NCBI GenBank assembly: GCA_020891255.1
Contig: BQFW01000014.1
Span: forward strand, 868,001-932,000
Reading direction: 5' to 3'
Origin: Entomortierella parvispora E1425
Lineage: Eukaryota; Fungi; Mortierellomycota
Length of the DNA: 64,000 bases
Under the pieces are notes generated by a model, which had not been told where the DNA came from, ran no database searches, and worked only from the letters and a program-made list of their open reading frames with translations. Both the position numbers and the translations under genes were made by a program. Of the stretch, positions 60,399 through 64,000 are shown piece by piece. Position 1 is the stretch's first letter; each line of letters begins with the position of its first letter.

Positions 60399-62859
60399 TT
60401 ACAACTTGCAGGCGATGGTGGACATGGTAGGGGGTCGGTGGGTCGTACGGGAATCAGCGAGTCCAAAGAGCATCAACTTGTCTTCGTCGTACTTAGAGTC
60501 ATGACACAGAGACTGGATCTGAACTGCAATCTTGTTATTCAAGTTCTCACACCATCTCTGAGCCGACAAGAGATCGACCTTAGCCTCATTGGCGACTACG
60601 TTGTTGGACACGTCCGACTTGGCCTTGGCCTCAGACCAAGCAGCATGTTGGCAAAGGAGGGCGCCCGCCAAGACATCGGCCATGGCAAAAGTCAAACCGC
60701 GAGCCGAAGCTTCCAAAAGATGGCGAGTTTCGATGGTAGCGTAGGTCGTGAAATGGGTTGCAATCAGAGTCAGAGACTCCTCGATACTCTCAGCCGACTT
60801 GACGAAGTGGGGCCGACCCTTCAGTGGCTCCAGGATACCGCGAACGGTCTGAGAGGCAAAAATAGGAGGTTAGGATCGGATCGCTTTGCTTTTCCGAGCA
60901 CATGAAATCAACCATTCAGGTCTTTTTTTTTTTACCTCGGCATACAACTCCAAAGCATCTCCTCCTGTTTCAGCCATCACGCGGAGAACATCAAGGGAAA
61001 GGACATTGGTTGTACCCTCCCAGATGGTGTTGACAAGAATGTCTCTCATGGCTCGGCCCAGGCCAGTCTCTTCCATGTAACCTTGTCCTCCAAAGGCCTC
61101 CATGGCCTCCTGGGACATGGCAAAGGCATTCTTGGCGGACCAAACCTTCAAGATAGGAGTCAAGAAACGCAAGAGCGGGATGTCCCGCTCCTTGACCTCG
61201 GGTAAGTTGTTGTCCAAGGTTTCGATTCTTCCGAGCATGGCAATGCAAAAGAATGTGAACTGGCTTGTCGCGCGGTACTGCAGTTCCATGTTGGCGAGAG
61301 TGGCCAGGTGAAGTGGCTGGTCCCTAAGAAGCGCGCCGAAAACCTATAGAATACGAACAGTAAGTTTCTGCACCGCACAAACATTTCCTGCTATGGCGCT
61401 TAATTGAGAACAACAATATTACCTCGCGGCGGCGAGCGTAATCCTTGGCTCCAAGAACAAATCGCTGCATGGCAGCCGTGCATCCCATTCCGCAATAAAC
61501 ACGAGTGATGTTCAAAATGGAAGAGATGTTCTTGACTCCTCGATAATTATCACCCACCTGCTGTGCTAACATGCCATCCAGCTCCAACTCAGCCGTGGGC
61601 AGAGCCTTGGTTCCAACTTTGTCCTTCAATCGATGAATTCGAACTCCATTCAATTTGCCATCGTCATCCCTGACTTTGGCGAGATAGAGCGACAGACCTT
61701 TGCTTCCATCACGCATCGAGTTTGGAGCAGCACCAGGGGTGGGGTCGTGCGTACGGGCCAAAAGCATTGTCACATTCGCATCCGTCGCACTTGAGAACCA
61801 CTTGAATCCAGAAACGGACCAAGCTTTCTTTTGCTCATCCCAGACAGCTTGCGTCTCAGTGCGGCCAACATCGCTGCCTCCTGGGCGCTCAGTCATCCAC
61901 TGACCACTGGTAATGAACTTTTGGGGGTCGCGGCTGCGTAGAAAATGGGAGTATTCACTAAAGATTAGCATTACAATCTTTTTCGGCGACTCTTTGATCT
62001 CTCGAAATCAGGGGGAACTTGCCTGATAAGACGGCTGTAGACTTGGTCCTTCATCTCCTGAGTTCCATGGAGTTCGATGACACGAGCACAGCCGTCTGAA
62101 AGGTGTGTTAAAATAAGAATGTTGATAAAGTTAGCGAATTATCCATTGCCCTACTTTACAAACCTAAACACAAAAGCTGTAGATATGGTTCTTTTACCAG
62201 TCATGGCAATGGGGCAACTGTAAAGACCAGAGCCAGAAGTCCAAAGCATGAGCTTTGCCATTTGGTAAATTCGCGAGAACTGGCCATACTTGCGTTCATA
62301 GGCGATCGCAACAACGCCCTCGCGGGCTGCGATCCCCTTTTGTTTGTTCCAGGCTTCCGTCACGAGCAACTCGTCCACGCGTCTAGAGAGGAAAAGAACT
62401 GTTATTTTATGATTCCCATGCTCCCTATTTCTGTTGATTATAGACTTGCCTGCACCATGAATCGTATTGACGGAGTCTCGGCTGGTCCTCTTCCATACGT
62501 GCAGTCAAGGTAACTCCCTCTAGTGTAGTTGCAGGCAAGTTTGGTAACATGCGGGTGAGTAGCGGTCAATACACATAGCAAGTACAATACTTTATATTAC
62601 CAGTGTTTGCCCAATCGCAGATCTGAATGAGATCACTGGGTCAATGGAGCAAAGACAGAGAAAACCAGGAAGTTAGATACTTTTTGGAAGCGGGGACATT
62701 GATAAGTGCGGCTATGTGGACTCACGGCTTGATCTCATTTAGGACATTGCCGGGTAAGTATCTCTCAAGGACACTGATCATGACAGGGTCTTCAAGGAAC
62801 GTATTCTGAACGTCAGGGACATCTTGTTTAAAACCGACATCGGCGGTAGCAAAAACCAT
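60399..62859 (-). CDS. AidB-like acyl-CoA dehydrogenase (multi-exon)
   Basis: SGQWMTERPGGSDVG, GFKWFSSA, RLKDKVGTKALPTAELEL, NTIWEGTTNVLSLD; ATG at 62859. Confidence 0.9.
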
Positions 62860-64000
62860 GATGAAAAAACGATCGAGGAGTGAAGGGGATAGAAATAAAA
62901 AAAAAATAAAAAAAAAGATGGGAAGAAAAGGCGAACCGAGAGAGAGAGGACGGGTATTTAAACTAGATCTGAATGAGAAATGAGAAGCGGGGAATGGGGA
63001 GAATGAGATGGTCGAATGAGAAGTGAATGTCACTGCTGCATGAGGCGAGGACCCCTTGTGGGGGAAGAAGGTGGAGCGAACTGCTCTCGCGCATGCTTTT
63101 GGCACTTGCTTTGTGCCGCCCGAGCCGACGGGCGAATTTTGAGCGGGAAACCTGTCGGTGGCTGACGGCTGTCTGGACCACACGCGACGCGTCACTGAAG
63201 CAGAGACTAGGACGCGTGTGGCATTGAGGCAAAGCTTTCCGGGAAAAGAACGATTGTGCTGTGCAGCTGCAGCTGCAGGCCCATGTGTGCTACTCCAGTC
63301 CCTGTGGTGTGGTCCTTGTTGCCTTGGACTTGGATCCGCACTTGCTGCACCTTTGCAGGCCTCGCTGTCCCCTTGACACTGTCATGTTTGCATTCTTCTC
63401 TCTCTGTCTGCTCCATGCCACCCCTTTTCTTTTCCCTCCATTATTCCATCGTACGGTCGTCTCAGCATCAATCGCTGACTGAAGATCATTCACTGGGAAC
63501 CTTACCGCTGGTCGGATATCTATTGGAGGCACACACATGAGTATGACTGTGCTGCTGAGCTGATTGTCCATCACTCCTGTATGGATCCAGATCGACCCCT
63601 TTGTATATTAACAAAGCACAAAGAAAGAAGGGGTGTGGAAGGATGCGTTCATTTCCAGAACACAGACACAGGAAAACACGCAAAGAGAAGGGGGAACAAG
63701 GAGCTTCTGGCCATGTTCCCAACTCCTTCATTTCCCTCTCAATGACCGGCCAGATGGATGGGAAATGAGACAGACAGGCACCGAGAGACTGCCAGACGGA
63801 CGCCCGATAGATGGATGATGGCAAAGGGAGGGTGGAGCGATGCGATCCCAAGAGTCCAAGATAGTAGGTAAGGAAACCACACTCGAGTCTTTTGTTCTTC
63901 CTTCCCTCCACTGATAAAGCGGGGGAGGCAGCTCTCTCCCTCCCTTCTCTTTTTTCTCTCTCTCTTTCCTTCTATCTCTTGTGGGCTTCTATCACTCTGT

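Noticed and set aside
60292-60399. Very short gap between convergent NECAP and acyl-CoA dehydrogenase genes
   Set aside because: Overlapping 3' UTRs are common in compact fungal genomes.
60399-62859. AidB-like dehydrogenase as a recent bacterial transfer
   Set aside because: It has several spliceosomal introns and host-like composition, and the family is widespread in fungi.
1-64000. CRISPR array, rRNA, tRNA, LTR or LINE elements
   Set aside because: I saw no regularly spaced repeat-spacer array, T-loop/cloverleaf, rRNA-like sequence or RT/integrase motif. A tRNAscan-SE or Infernal run would be needed to exclude small RNAs formally.

Overview
Intron-rich fungal genomic DNA. Gene style, short GT-AG introns and abundant microsatellites suggest a Mucoromycota fungus, probably Mortierellaceae (inference). 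Ordinary genes: the 3' end of a Rad9/Crb2/53BP1-like tandem-BRCT gene, an ADP1-like ABCG transporter, an unknown Pro-rich coiled-coil gene, two tandem ABCC (YBT1/MRP-like) transporters, a Tea4/Bud14-like SH3 protein, an intronless PPR protein, an RA-PH protein, an M28 carboxypeptidase Q, NAS2/PSMD9, NECAP and an AidB-like acyl-CoA dehydrogenase. The stand-out is an accessory island at about 1-12 kb. Four ORFs that look separate in the ORF track (10291-11517, 8846-9949, 6894-8663, 6607-6828, minus strand) join in frame, by my manual splicing across five canonical 77-88 nt introns and two micro-exons, into one predicted 1,496-aa protein. Its N-terminus is an XPG/FEN1-type PIN 5'-nuclease with all seven acidic catalytic positions. 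Its C-terminus is a TnpB/Fanzor-type RuvC plus zinc ribbon with an intact D-E-D triad. The gene ends in hairpin-rich sequence (candidate omegaRNA) and is bracketed by a weak 14/17 inverted repeat, with no recognisable transposase. It is a candidate dual-nuclease Fanzor (OMEGA) element. Beside it is a roughly 2.6 kb tandem duplication carrying two small secreted proteins of unknown function. All exon models were built by hand and have not been checked against transcripts or databases.
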